Assembly (NCBI GenBank): GCA_977030845.1
Contig: OZ365109.1
Span: forward strand, 62,496,001 to 62,560,000
Source of the DNA: Fimbriosthenelais zetlandica
Taxonomy: Eukaryota
Length of the DNA: 64,000 bases
Direction: 5' to 3'
Positions 24,570 through 36,470 of the stretch are shown in pieces. The notes below the pieces were generated by a model. The model did no database searches and was not told where the DNA came from. It worked only from the letters and a program-made list of their open reading frames with translations. A program made the translations under genes and the position numbers. Each line of letters opens with the position of its first letter. Within the stretch, counting starts at the first letter, position 1.

Positions 24570-26165
24570 AAGCTGGGTGTTGGTGGCAGGGGTGGGGGAT
24601 GAAATCAGGAGCCAGCTGGCACCAAACTATAATGAAAACAAGAACTGTATAGCAATGGTCTTCTTTTTTCCAATAAAAGACAAAACTACAAATAAGGCCA
24701 ATGAAGGAGTTTGATCAAAATCAAATGATGTTTGCACGCTCCCCCTTTCTGCTGATTTACTTTGGTTTCATTGATGCATCCACTCGGCGTCTGCTCCTTT
24801 ATGAAGTTTTTTCTCAAGTACTTCATTTCATCGACATAGACATTCTTCCACTAAAATAATGAATGCCTTTCATTTTCTCTGTTGGGAGGACGTTTGTTTC
24901 ATGGAAATAAAGAGAAATGTTCATGTTCCGGTGGAGAAATTGTAGGAGTACCATCCTACCATTGTAAAACCATTGGCTAAAGCATTGTTGTAGGCCCACA
25001 ATGGATAGTAATACAGGATAGTCTTCCGCTTAATATGACCAGATAATTCTATAATGTTCAATACAAATATAGGATGAATCATTACCGATTCCTTAAATTC
25101 CCACCTATAAGCCTTCACTTCCTCTCGACTTAGTTTGAACTTATAAGCTTGATCCAGTGTGTTTGAGACAAAACTGACCATTTCTAAACAGATTACCAAC
25201 ACCTTCCCAGCCATGCAGTCACCCATTTCCCCACATCTCCCAACCACCACCTACTAAAAGACCCTCATGTCTCCCCACCACCCACCACAGGATTAGGTCC
25301 CATAGATCACTTCTTGCCACCTTTTTTTGTAACCACCACACGGAGTGAGAGGTTGAGAGGGAGGAAAATCTCATAGGAAGGTTTTATCAGATGTCCACTT
25401 ATAGGTCCTGAGGATGCTCCACCATATCAGAAGTGATCTACTCCAATGGTGATTGCATTCATTCTTGGCAAAACATACACGTTACCCGCCTCCTCTCTAA
25501 ACACTCGTCCATCACGACCTGCTTCTAGTACTACTAATATAACAATAATTATTACAGTAGACTTTTTATCTTTTATTTGTCCAGCACTCCATGTAGCTTA
25601 AAGCTGAAAGCTTCTTCACAGAGATACCAATTATATCTCTTTCTCTATGTTAGAAATTATTCTATCTGCCACAGCATATAGATTGTTTCTTTCCTGCTGG
25701 TAATTAAATTAATGCAGTCTTACAGGTATAATAAATACTAAAAAAAACTTTCTAACCGTATGATCATCTTATGTCAGCGCAAATAGCATGTAATAATAAT
25801 ATAAAATGATATAAAAGTGAGTGTAATGAAGTATTGTATGCCTACCCAGCAAACATGTACATTTATCTACAGTAACTTTGCAACAAAATCTCATTTCCTG
25901 GTTATTAGCTCTGATAGTAAGAGGAGAAGGTTTAGTCAGGCGACGGTTGTCTTGAGATTAAAAAAAATATTGTGCAGACATTGGATGCCTCATTAATTAC
26001 GTGTAAAACACGTAAGACTTAGAATCGGTTCATGTTAATCAGGTGTTTGAGTCCGAGGCACATGCATACATAAATATATTTTAGGGGTGACCATTTTAAA
26101 AATTGTGGATCATATAATAATATTATATAAGACAATGTGACTTGCTCATATATGAGAGAATGTGG

Positions 26166-27035
26166 CTGACAACACTACCCCGCAGTCCATGTATAGGTGA
26201 CTGGGCATCTATAAACCAGCCCCCTCCTGTGTGGGAAAGCATTCGAGATCATTGATTCTTGCAGTGATTCTTACAATTGGAGCTTGTCTACAATACCATT
26301 ATCTCCAAGTTCATCAATTGCTACCCAAAAATGATATGTTGCCAGAATTGGCCCCTTCCTGTGTCGAGAGACATTGGGGGATATGGGTAGAAAACTTTGC
26401 AAGAATTGCAAATCATGGAAATTTAGTGAATATCTCAAAAGACCTGGTACATTAGTTGGATACCTACTAGGGATCATTGCCTGGTGATTCTTGCAGTGAT
26501 TGTTGCAATTGGAGCTTGTCTACAAGACCATCATCTCCAAGCGCATAAATTGGTACCCGAAAATGATATGTTGCCAGAATTGGCGGCAAAAGAAAGTTAA
26601 TGGCATCTCCCTCAGCAGAATGTGGATCCGCATGGACCCTATAGTCCATGTTGGTGTCTGGCATCTCTAAGTCCAGCCCCTTCCTCTGTGGGGAGACATT
26701 TGGGGATATGGGTAGAAAACTTTGCAAGAATTGCAAGTCATGAATATTTAGTGGATATCTAAAAAGACCTGGTACATTAATTGGATACCTAACAGGGACC
26801 ATTGCCTGGTGATTCTTGCAGTGATTCTTGCAATTGGAGCTTGTCTACAAGACCATCATCTCCAAATGCATCCGAAAATGATATGCTGCCAGAATCGGGA
26901 CACAAAAGGAACCAACAAAATGTGGACCCGCTTGCCGCCTAGTGGAGCTTGCCTACAAGACAATCAACGTCAAGTGCATCAATTGCCGCTAGAAAATGAT
27001 ATGTTGCCAGAATCGCAATGCAGATGTCAGCAATT
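26166..27035 (+). repeat. Dispersed repeat family, copy A, with internal tandem units
   Basis: The anchor TGATTCTTGCAGTGATT recurs at 26253, 26485 and 26810 (spacings 232 and 325 bp), with a further partial unit near 26944. The same sequence occurs reversed at ~46600-47045 and ~63372-63650. Confidence 0.92.
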
Positions 27036-28878
27036 GCGATCCTGACTCGTACCATAGGTCAGTACCCTGGAGCCCTACGGGTCTGTAGTGCTTGATGTAA
27101 TGCAAATCATGTTCAATGGTCTCTCCTATGTATCAAGTAGTTACATATTTTTATTAACTCATGTGTGATATCTATATCAAAATATTATCACTTGTTCAAA
27201 ATATTTATGAAATGCAAATATTTAAAGTGATGAATTATATAGAAGGAAGCGACTGTATAATAATTACGTCAAACAGTATGCCATCCTCAATGATTTAACA
27301 CAATGAAAAAATCTACGACGCCTTACGAGTGCCCTGATCAATTATTGACAAACATATCAATTGTCATTAAGGTGTGGCTATCAAGAATGCCTCATTTTTT
27401 ATAGCAGTACTTTTAGCTCTAAGAAATGTGTGCATATAGTTCAGCCAATATAAAAGTGTATAGGCTTGAAGGATATAGTGTTACCTCCATTATGCATAAG
27501 AATATAATTGCATGTGGCAGGCATATTAGGTGTATCTTAGTTAATCACACCTCTGTCTGCCGTTATATTAGCCTGTCACAGGAAAAAATTGTTCATTGTG
27601 GAAGTAACCATATAGGAGCTATGCCTATTACCTCCTCCATTTTTTCCATATTTGATAAGTGATGTAAGCAGAGTCCTGCAGACTGGTAAACATTTGTGAG
27701 CACTATTATAATATAGGGTATCTACACCAAAGTCAGTCCAGATGTCTCAATCTACAGGAAACTTGACCTAATCTGTATAACAGAATAGGACTATTTGAGC
27801 TAATCTGTATCCTGCAGATTGGGTCAAATAGGCCTGTACCAGCTGTATGGTGGTCTAAACCAAAAAGGATGGTTTGCCAGGCTCATCAGGTCTATAATTA
27901 ATTAAAAGAAATTTAAACTTGACCATGTATCTGACCCAACCACAATGTCTTTATGAAGTTGGTCTCTATCTGCAGGAAATCTGCAAGGGACTGGACCAGA
28001 TATCTTTGTCATGGGCCCCAACTAGTCCTCCTCGCTGTACAACTCGCCTTTATAGACAGGAAGTGTACAGAATGGCACTTCGGCAAGAGTTGTATTCATT
28101 TGTATGGCTTCCAATGAAAAATCATACATATTTGAACAATAGATCTTCATAAAAGCTTTCTTTGGCATGTATTATTTAAGACCAAGTGCATCTCCAGTTC
28201 CTTCCTTCTATGATCCTAGAATATATTTCTTGGCAAATAGATGTCGTTATTGATCTTATTGTATGATGGAGCATCATGGATATTATGACACATCAAGCGT
28301 TGAAACATCTGACAAAGTCCTGAATTGAGTATAATGTCTATCTAAAGTAAATTCTCACTCAGCTCTCTTTTTATCAGGCTCAAACAGGTCTGAAAAACGG
28401 TTAGGTAAGTGAGAGTTTGCTTTAAGTTTATAATACTGTCATCTAAAACAAGTGTTGAAATGGCAAAAGATACTAATGTTTCTCAATATACATGAAATGC
28501 ATTCTTAATTTGAATTTGATAATTCTGATTGCTTTAGACGTAATGGCTAAATGTGTGCTAATTTCTAATTACTGCCTAAATCAACTCATTCGTCTTCATT
28601 AATCTGAGGTTCTTGGAGAAATTTAGAAGGATTGTGCCATTAATCAATTAAGTGGGACGATGGCGAGCAAGACACAACATCCAATATACTTAGCGCCGTA
28701 CGTATACAAATACGAGGTCAGATTATCTTCTCACAGGATGTGCACTGTAACCGTAAAAAGTGATGACATGATTATGTATGAAACCAAGAAATGTACATTT
28801 CATTCTTAGGATATAGAGTGGATCCTCTTGGAGACAAATTGTCTATATTCTTCTTCGAATGGTACATTTGTGTAGAGC

Positions 28879-29630
28879 GGCTTCTGTTGGCATGCAGGGA
28901 GACCCGAGGAAAGCAAGGTCAAGGGTCCTATATTAAAGCATCAACCTTCAGCACCTGAACAAGCCTAAACCGAGATATATTCCTCGGCTTCTTTTAGGAG
29001 GGAGGGCCGGGGAAAACCACTATAATATACCATCTACCTTCGGCCGCTGAAGATGCCTGGATCCTAAGCTTCATCGGCTTCTGTTGGGAGGGAGGGCCGG
29101 GGAAAGCAAGGCCAAGCGGCACATATTATACCAACTATACCTTCGGCCGTTGAAGAGGCCCAAAACAGGATCTCTTCTGTTGGCAGGGAGGGCCGAGGAA
29201 AGCAAGGCAAAGGGGCCTATAATATACCATCTACCTTCGGCCCCTGAAAAGGTCTAAACCTGGAACTCTTCCTCGGGCTTGTTGGCCAGGAGGGTCGAGG
29301 AAAGCAAGGCCAAGTGTGCTATATTATGCCATCAACCTTCGGCCCCTAAAATGGCCTAAAACTGGATGAGTTACCCGGCTTCTGCTGGCAGGGAGGGCCG
29401 AGGAAAGCAAAGCCAATGGACCTGTGATATACCATTTACCTTCGGCCCTTGAAGAGACCTAAAGCTGGAACTCTTCCTCGGTTTCTGTTTGCAGGGAACC
29501 CGAGGAAGGCAAGTCCTATATATTATACCATCAACCTTCGAACAAGCCTACACCTGGATTATATCCCTAAGCTTCTGTTGGGAGGGAGGGCCGAGATAAG
29601 CAACACTGGATACCTATATTACGTTCTCGG
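28879..29630. repeat. Minisatellite, ~105-bp GC-rich unit, ~8 diverged copies
   Basis: Recurring GGCTTCTGTTGGCAGGGAGGGCCGAGGAAAGCAAGG...TATAATATACCATCTACCTTCGGCCCCTGAAGAG. Unit length varies from about 90 to 105 bp. Confidence 0.93.
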
Positions 29631-29659
29631 ATCAAAAAACAATGACAGTTATAATATAC

Positions 29660-29880
29660 CAGAAGGACGAGGCTTCTTCTGGAGCTCTGGAATAATTTCT
29701 AAAACTGAGTTTGAAAGAAAATGTCCCGAAAATGTGTCCAGGATTATAGGAGGGAAGAAGCTGAAAATGATCCACCGGGGACAGATAGTGTGTCTCAACC
29801 ATGTAACCAGACTCGGGGGATTATTAAGGGATGCAACAGGAAGGACACCCACTGGTGGAAAGGAGAAGAGGAAAAGACTG
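29660..29880 (+). pseudogene. Possible decayed Myb/SANT (trihelix-like) fragment of the type carried by PIF/Harbinger transposons
   Basis: RTRLLLELW, then in another frame KTEFERK...KKLKMIHRGQIVCLNHVTRL, resembles ETRLLLELW...KLK.MG.HR...QC.NK...L. A frameshift is required. Matched by eye only. Confidence 0.22.
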
Positions 29881-31639
29881 AACTGAGGTGAAGGGTGGAA
29901 GATGTGAATAGATACTCTAGTTCCGATAGCTATAGTGGACTCCATGTCAATGACTGAATAGGCAGCAATTTACTTCAATTCCGCCAGTATATTTATTAAA
30001 ATTATGCACTTACAGTACAGTCAGAGGCCAGATCCACGCTTTTTTTGTTATTTACTGTAGTATTATTATGTTATATGTTAAAAAGAACCTTTGACATGTC
30101 TATTTCAGAGTGTATCTGCGTACAGTTTAACCCTTGCTATGAACACGTTCGCCCGAAAATGAATTCTGAATCCAAAACTGTGCTTTTTAAAGGCACTCTT
30201 AGTGTAGTAGTCCATCGCTCATACTCTCTAATTCAAAACCACTTTCAAAGGCAAGAAGAAAGTTCTCCAGACCAAGTTGTATCTAGATGTGCTCTGTCTT
30301 TGTCAGGCGCCTTAAAACTGCTATGATTGCTAAAAACAATTCGGAAATGATCTTGTTTTCAAGGCACTTTCCTTCCATTAAGGCATTACAAATTTCATAA
30401 GAACATCCTATTTAAGCTGAGCAACGAAGCCGCGTTGTGGCTGTAGTATTTGCTCCCCATCAATATGGTATTTTCGTGTTACGTTAGTAATATTTTGTAT
30501 ATAATATTATACGGTATTGCAAGGATTTTTATATAAACAATTTTAATTAAATCTTTATTTCTTTTGGCTTGGTTGGTATTCTGATTGGTAACTTCATTTT
30601 CTTTGGTTTTCTTGAAGTCAATTAAGGTATACTGCCCGGGGATAAGCCAGAATCGGTGTAGAGCCCAAAGAATATTAACAGGAGGCATAATCCGATACCT
30701 TGTCATCAAAAGATGGGGAGGGCATGCAGAGCTCACTAAACCGAGCTTATTCCCTTTACTCTCTCCCCTGGGAGGCAGAGTAGGTAAAGCTGAGATATCT
30801 GTGAAGAGGAACCCTCTAACAAATGTGATAATGGCAATGCCATGTAGGGCTGCAAGAAGCCGAAGACATGCAGGTCTAGATAACCAGGTGGGCATGTGCC
30901 AGTAGATTAAAGTCTAATAATATAGCTTTATAGTGAACTTAGATCCTTCTCTTAACAAAGGTCATTCCACTAGTAATAGAGATATCGCGAACTCGTCTCG
31001 GTTGTGTTGGACTCTCTATACCACACTGCTTTGATTGATTGATGAGAAATGAAGGTGAAGGTCTTGTTCTATGAACTTCCACCTGAACTTATAAATGAGT
31101 TGCAAAGTCTGTTTGTTTCTATATGGATCATTATAGCAGCTATTGGTGGCTTTCTTTCATGTGGACCTATGAAAAGGAAATGGGTTAAAGTTCCTTTTAG
31201 CATTGTGGCGTTCCGTGGGTGGAAGAAGAAATAAATTCACCCAACTTGAGCTCTTTAGATTGATAGAATTTGGTAAGATGTTTGTTTATGTCAAGACTGG
31301 TTCAGGTGCATGCGATGAGAATATCTGGCCCAGTGAACCTTTTTATCATGCTCTACATTGATATTTGCTAAAATAGTTCACTAAATATAGCCTTTTGATG
31401 ATGTGGCACCTTTTGAATGTTGCTTCAGAATGGAGGACACAATGTAGATTTGGGTGATAAAAATGCCTTTACTGCTCATTGACGTCAGCGCCACTCCCTC
31501 AACCTCCAATGGTATTATGTTGATAGACCAGAGAAATATTCAGACAGCAGGAGATCTGGTCCAAAACGCAGGTGGAGATTCAATGGTAAAGCAATGTACA
31601 TTTCTGATCTGGTGGTCGTGATCAAGCACCAGCACAACC

Positions 31640-31900
31640 TCTCCTTCTCTTCCCCTCCCCAACTTTCTGTTCTTGCTCCTGATACATTCTCTTTTTCATG
31701 CTCCACCTTTTCATTCTTTCATTCTGTTCATTCTTTCTCCTGCTATTCCTGCATGCTCCTCGATCTATTCCTGCTATTGGCCATTGTCATTCTCTTCCTT
31801 TCCTTTTTCCGGTTTTCTGTGTTCTTGCCCCCCCCCCTATACTATCTTTTCCTATACCACTTCCCTCCGTCCTATTCCAGAATGTTCCTCTGCCTAATTC
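31640..31900. other. Polypyrimidine/polypurine low-complexity tract
   Basis: Strong C/T bias on the + strand. This explains the overlapping Phe/Ser/Leu-rich spurious ORFs 31594-31974, 31673-31897 and 31698-31922. Confidence 0.85.
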
Positions 31901-32264
31901 TCTTAAAAACCCAAAAAATTAACTTTTGTGCGGTTGCTATTATCAGTGTGTATCATTATCTGAGACAAAACTAAAAGTGGTCCTTGGGAAAGGTAAGCCT
32001 TTCTCCGATTATACATTACAGGTGCTTCAGAGCCCCATGCTTGTGATTGATAAGTTGACGTCAAAGACTATGAGCCTTTTCGTCTTTCTTGCCAGTGTGT
32101 TCATATTGGGATGTTATGAATCATGCCGAAGAAAAAGAACAATTTCTGTTGTAAATACTCTGGCTGGTTTGTTGAATTCAATATAACAAATTCAAATATA
32201 ACAGAGTACTATAATCAGTGTAATGGGTATGAAGCTGTCACAGATCAGTTACATCAGATGTATT

Positions 32265-32266
<2 letters not shown>

Positions 32267-32335
<69 letters not shown>
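32267..32335. repeat. (AT)n microsatellite
   Basis: Pure AT run of about 34 units. Confidence 0.98.
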
Positions 32336-32338
<3 letters not shown>

Positions 32339-32789
32339 TACAATAATAATACCACCGGGCTGAAGGGTGTGAAAAAGGATGGCTTGCATCTCATACAAGT
32401 TAAGTAAGATTTAAGATCATAACCATGGGTGCTCTTGCGGAAAAATATCATAGAGAAATACACCTTCGATCCATCTTTCAAAGGACTGATCCCATTGTGA
32501 GACCATCCACAAATAGCACTTTAATCCCTTAAGATCTTATGTTAATGATGTTCAAAACAGATAGGGATTGATGGTGCATGGAAGATGAAGGATGGGGACG
32601 GGTGTGCGTTGGGTTCATCAAATGACGGATTAGGTATAGCAGTTGATGCCGTGTAAAAAGGATGAAGGTTGGGTGGTGGTAGAGATGGGAGATGGGATTT
32701 GGGCGTGATAAACGTCACCGACTTGTTGGTTTAGCGCCAAGGATTGGAAAGGAAGATGTGCCCTTCCACAGGAGCGGTGGGGAATATTG

Positions 32790-33700
32790 TATCAGGGATG
32801 GGAAGATGGCTGTGGGAGATGGGAAAAGCTGGTAGGGAGGATCAATATGAAGCGAGATAGGGGTGGATCGCGCATGGTATAGAGATATAGTCGTACCTGT
32901 CAACCGCAAAGGATGGCAATGGTCAAAGCTCCATACTTTTGACTGTCTGCCAATCAGGTCTGCGACATTCAGTGATGAGGTTTTCCCCAAAGGAATCAGT
33001 TCAATTAGAGACAAAATCCTTTACGTAATTCTGCAGTTCTATTGCTAGTAGAAAGTTGGTTACGTAATACTGATGGTATACAGAAACTGAGGTTTGCTCA
33101 ATATTCGCCCATGGATTGCACAACTATATATTAATTATATTACCATCGATTATTCTTTCTCCTTGTCATCACCAAGCATAATTATTAGTCCTAATCAGCA
33201 ACGGACGAGATCTTCTCTGGGGGTTATGGTATTAGGACACCAAAAATCAAATGATGGGAGTTAGTATATTAATTTTACTTTATGTATCATTGAGTTGGCT
33301 CATGACAAAGCTGTAGGTATACCATGGTAAACCCCAAATCTGTTAGTTGATAATTAACTCGAAATAATGACATTGATCACAATTAAAGAACATATTATGG
33401 GGGTCTTCTGGAATAAATATATTGACTGTAGCCCTTTGGAAGAAGCTACTACCTTTTTTGCCATCTCTTGTCTCAATCACATAGTGCAAGCTTCCTTGTT
33501 TGATCAATTGAGATGCTCAAAGCAGCCAGGTCCCTCCTTGTAGACTACCTATTGGATTGGCATCGATTGGTGGTATAGGGCCTGAGAGAGGTCAATGTCC
33601 GAGTATTTACCTGTGACCTTCTCTCATTAACGGGGGAATGGAGAGTAGGGCATCTGGCTCATGTTTCTCTTTGAAATGCCTTTTCTACGTGGTCAGCATA
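32790..33700 (+). mobile_element. Decayed DIRS/Ngaro-like reverse transcriptase region
   Basis: YRDIVVPVNRKGWQWSKLHTFDCLPIRSATFSDEV (in ORF 32863-33048) echoes AFRIVPV...G.QW...YYFD.CLPFG.RSAP..FSDAL. It is followed by WIAQ (~33110), LGVMVLGHQKS...INF.L.IIEL..DK (~33215-33310) and QPG (~33525). Multiple stops and deletions. Confidence 0.4.
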
Positions 33701-34274
33701 TGAAACACGCCATGGGCACTACGAACCTAGTCAAAGGTAAAACTGGAAGGAGAGGGGTGAAAATCGAGAGAAAGCTGAAGAGGAGAGGAAAAGGGAAGAC
33801 AGAGGGATGGAGGAAATAAAAAACCTTTAGGTTCACATCGATATTTCTATACCCCTCATCTAAACCATTTTCAAAGGGGTGCTCCCAGATCCTCCCAGTT
33901 CCTCAGGATCTCAGGACGAAAAGTCACAGGGCAAACGTTCTGGTATAAACCAATCAGTTCATACTGAATTTGGCATATCTTGAAACGTCATCAGCCAGAG
34001 ACCCCAAATGACTTACCCCAGTAGGCTTAAAATTAGCGACTAGAATTAATAGGTAAGTATGATAGACGTGTCCTCATTAACCTGTGTAATAAAGCCAGTA
34101 ATATAATAACACATACTGTCGCTTGCAGGGTCTACTAATAATAGCCCAGGTTGGCTATAAAAAACAAAGATTTTCCTCAGGCATGATGTTCTTGCACTGT
34201 AGGCCTATCATTTGACCTACAGTATATACGGTTGGAGGGGAAATGGGCTAGGTCGCAGTTTTGTGAAGGGGCGG

Positions 34275-34294
34275 TGGGGGGGGGGGGGGGGGGG
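34275..34294 (+). repeat. Poly-G homopolymer
   Basis: Run of about 19 G. Confidence 0.95.
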
Positions 34295-36129
34295 TGATCA
34301 TACAACTTTGGGAAGAATATGGAGAGCCAGGGAAAACGAACGACGAAGGCGTGAAAATTGAGTGTGAGCGACAACTATTATCCCAATTATGCTTACAACA
34401 GCAAATTCCAATTTTACTACAATGTACCGCCCTCTGGTTCTGCTAAGCTGCTTTCCACGATTACTTTCTAGTATTTACAAACTTAAGAGCCTCGTATGCA
34501 GTGGAGGATCAGGCATCATGAATTAGAAATGTTATCAGTTAGAGACACTCGAATTTCGCTGGATGGTGTGTGTTAGGGCGGAAGTAATGATAATTCCCAG
34601 CAAATGTGGAGGTCGAAATTTGTGTTTCGAATCAATAATGCAAAGTAGGGAGTAGAGAAACGAGATCCCGTAGGACCTATAGACCTTAATGGACAGATTA
34701 GACCGACACAATTGTGTTTCTTACATTGTTAATCGCAATGAGTCGAATCAACTCACGATACAGACCTAATGCTATAATTATTCTCCAAGCTGTTTCTCCT
34801 GTACTTCAATGTTCCCTATAACAATATATAATGGAAACAATATAGCAGGGGACCCCAAGTCACGCAAATAGCAAGTTATAAAAGAAATAGGACTGTTCTT
34901 TGTATGTGTTAAGATACTTGGTCCGGCAGTATTCTGATATATTTCGAAGTTTTGCCAGTTAAGCTTACGACCCATTGCTGACATGTACTGTATAAGTACT
35001 GTTTATGGGGATGGGCTGCAAGAGTGAATATAGTACTTATTAAAGAGCTTGGCATATCTAATTGCTAACCGGATTGATATTCACAGCTTAAATTTCCTTA
35101 CCTTCATTCAGTTAACGCATTTAATTAAGAAACATACAATGCGCATTTTATATGGAAATGCAAATAGAAAAGCTATATAGTGTTCTCAACATCGAGTCTG
35201 GTTATAATGCACCATTATGCTTGGGTGACATCAGCTTTGTGGTAGTAGTATAGAAAAAGGGCGAACGCGCCCAGACTTGCATATAAATAGTGGCTTTGTT
35301 TGGTGTCATCTATACTCACCAGTTTCCGACGGGAATGGTTAGGATGCTCCCAGACTTCTCTACAGAATAGCAGCCATTTATCTACCATATTGACGCTAAA
35401 GCTAGTAGAGAAATTAGAGTTAGGCTTTGTTTATTAACGTTGTTTTTGATGAATGTTTATCACCATGGTGAAAAACAATTTTCATCAGATGCATCAGAGC
35501 CTTCTCATTGCCTATTGATAAGCACTGTCTACTATCCCGGGCGACTCTGTGACTCATTATGTCGTTGCCAAATCTTTGACCTACCCTTAGTAACAGATGT
35601 TCATTGTATGACCTTCCCAAAATGCTTTGATTTCTATTCTTTGATCAACTCATTTCTAGTCCCCGATGATTCCTTCAATTTATATACTTGTCTCCTATAT
35701 GGGCTTTAGATACCCTCTGTTCGCTGTTTCTAGCACGTGATCAAAGCGCTTAATGCTCATGGGGGACTGTTCCGGAGACTTCCGGTCAATTTCCGGAAGT
35801 AATGGTGCCGCTGGAAGGAGGAAGGGCTGGGAATTGTTTGGTCAATGTCCAGACCCTGGTCTCTCAGACTGGGTGCCTGATCACAGGTTTGTTTTGACAC
35901 TCCTCTGTCAACATCGATAATATGGACACCCTCCGATAATATGGATGCAAGTTAGCATCGCTCTTCCCCACGCCCAGACACATTCCTCCTCCAGTATATT
36001 GGAAGGAAAAAACAGGGAATATAATAATACAGATAAAATCACTGGATTGATTTCTCAAGCTCAAATTCCAGCTCAATCATGCCTGCGGTGCTTATCAAAT
36101 GTGTCAAAGCGTTCGATATGGACGTCTTG

Positions 36130-36470
36130 GTCAGATTTCCAAAGATCTCCACGATAGAGGGCTATTATAAGGCTTTCCCTGGAGCCATGAGGTTGGGAAA
36201 TCGTATCATGTTGGCCATGATTGATTTCCCAGTCATGGTTCCAGACACATCTATCAGTGATAAAGCTTAATAGAATATGAACATAATATTTATTTTAGTA
36301 ATAATATAAGTAAGAATATTCCATCATATTTTATCAAAGTCTTATAGATCAAAAGCCTTGCAATGACCAGGCCTTTGGTTTTGCGTCTTTAGCACCAAGC
36401 TTAATCCCTTTTGTACAAAGTCTATCAAGATCTGATGATCAATTCTCCTCGGATCGATCTCTTTATGACT
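36130..36470 (-). mobile_element. Decayed non-LTR (L1/Tx1-like) reverse transcriptase fragment
   Basis: ILIDFVQK...KAFDL*DFDKI*WNILTYIITKIN resembles LD(F)EKAFD.V.W.FL...L.K.NFG. Downstream INHGQHD and IVEIFG resemble INNG..S and .VEILG. Stops and frameshifts are present. Confidence 0.38.

Noticed and set aside
28879-29630. Hammerhead ribozyme in the 105-bp unit (CTGAAGA-GGCC...GGCC-GAGGAAA)
   Set aside because: GAG interrupts the required GAAA, and I could not build stems I and III around a UH cleavage site.
30600-30760. YR N-terminal-like SIKVYCPGI...RILTG..IKR
   Set aside because: No downstream FFGFLR or SKTD motif in any frame, so it is too weak to call.
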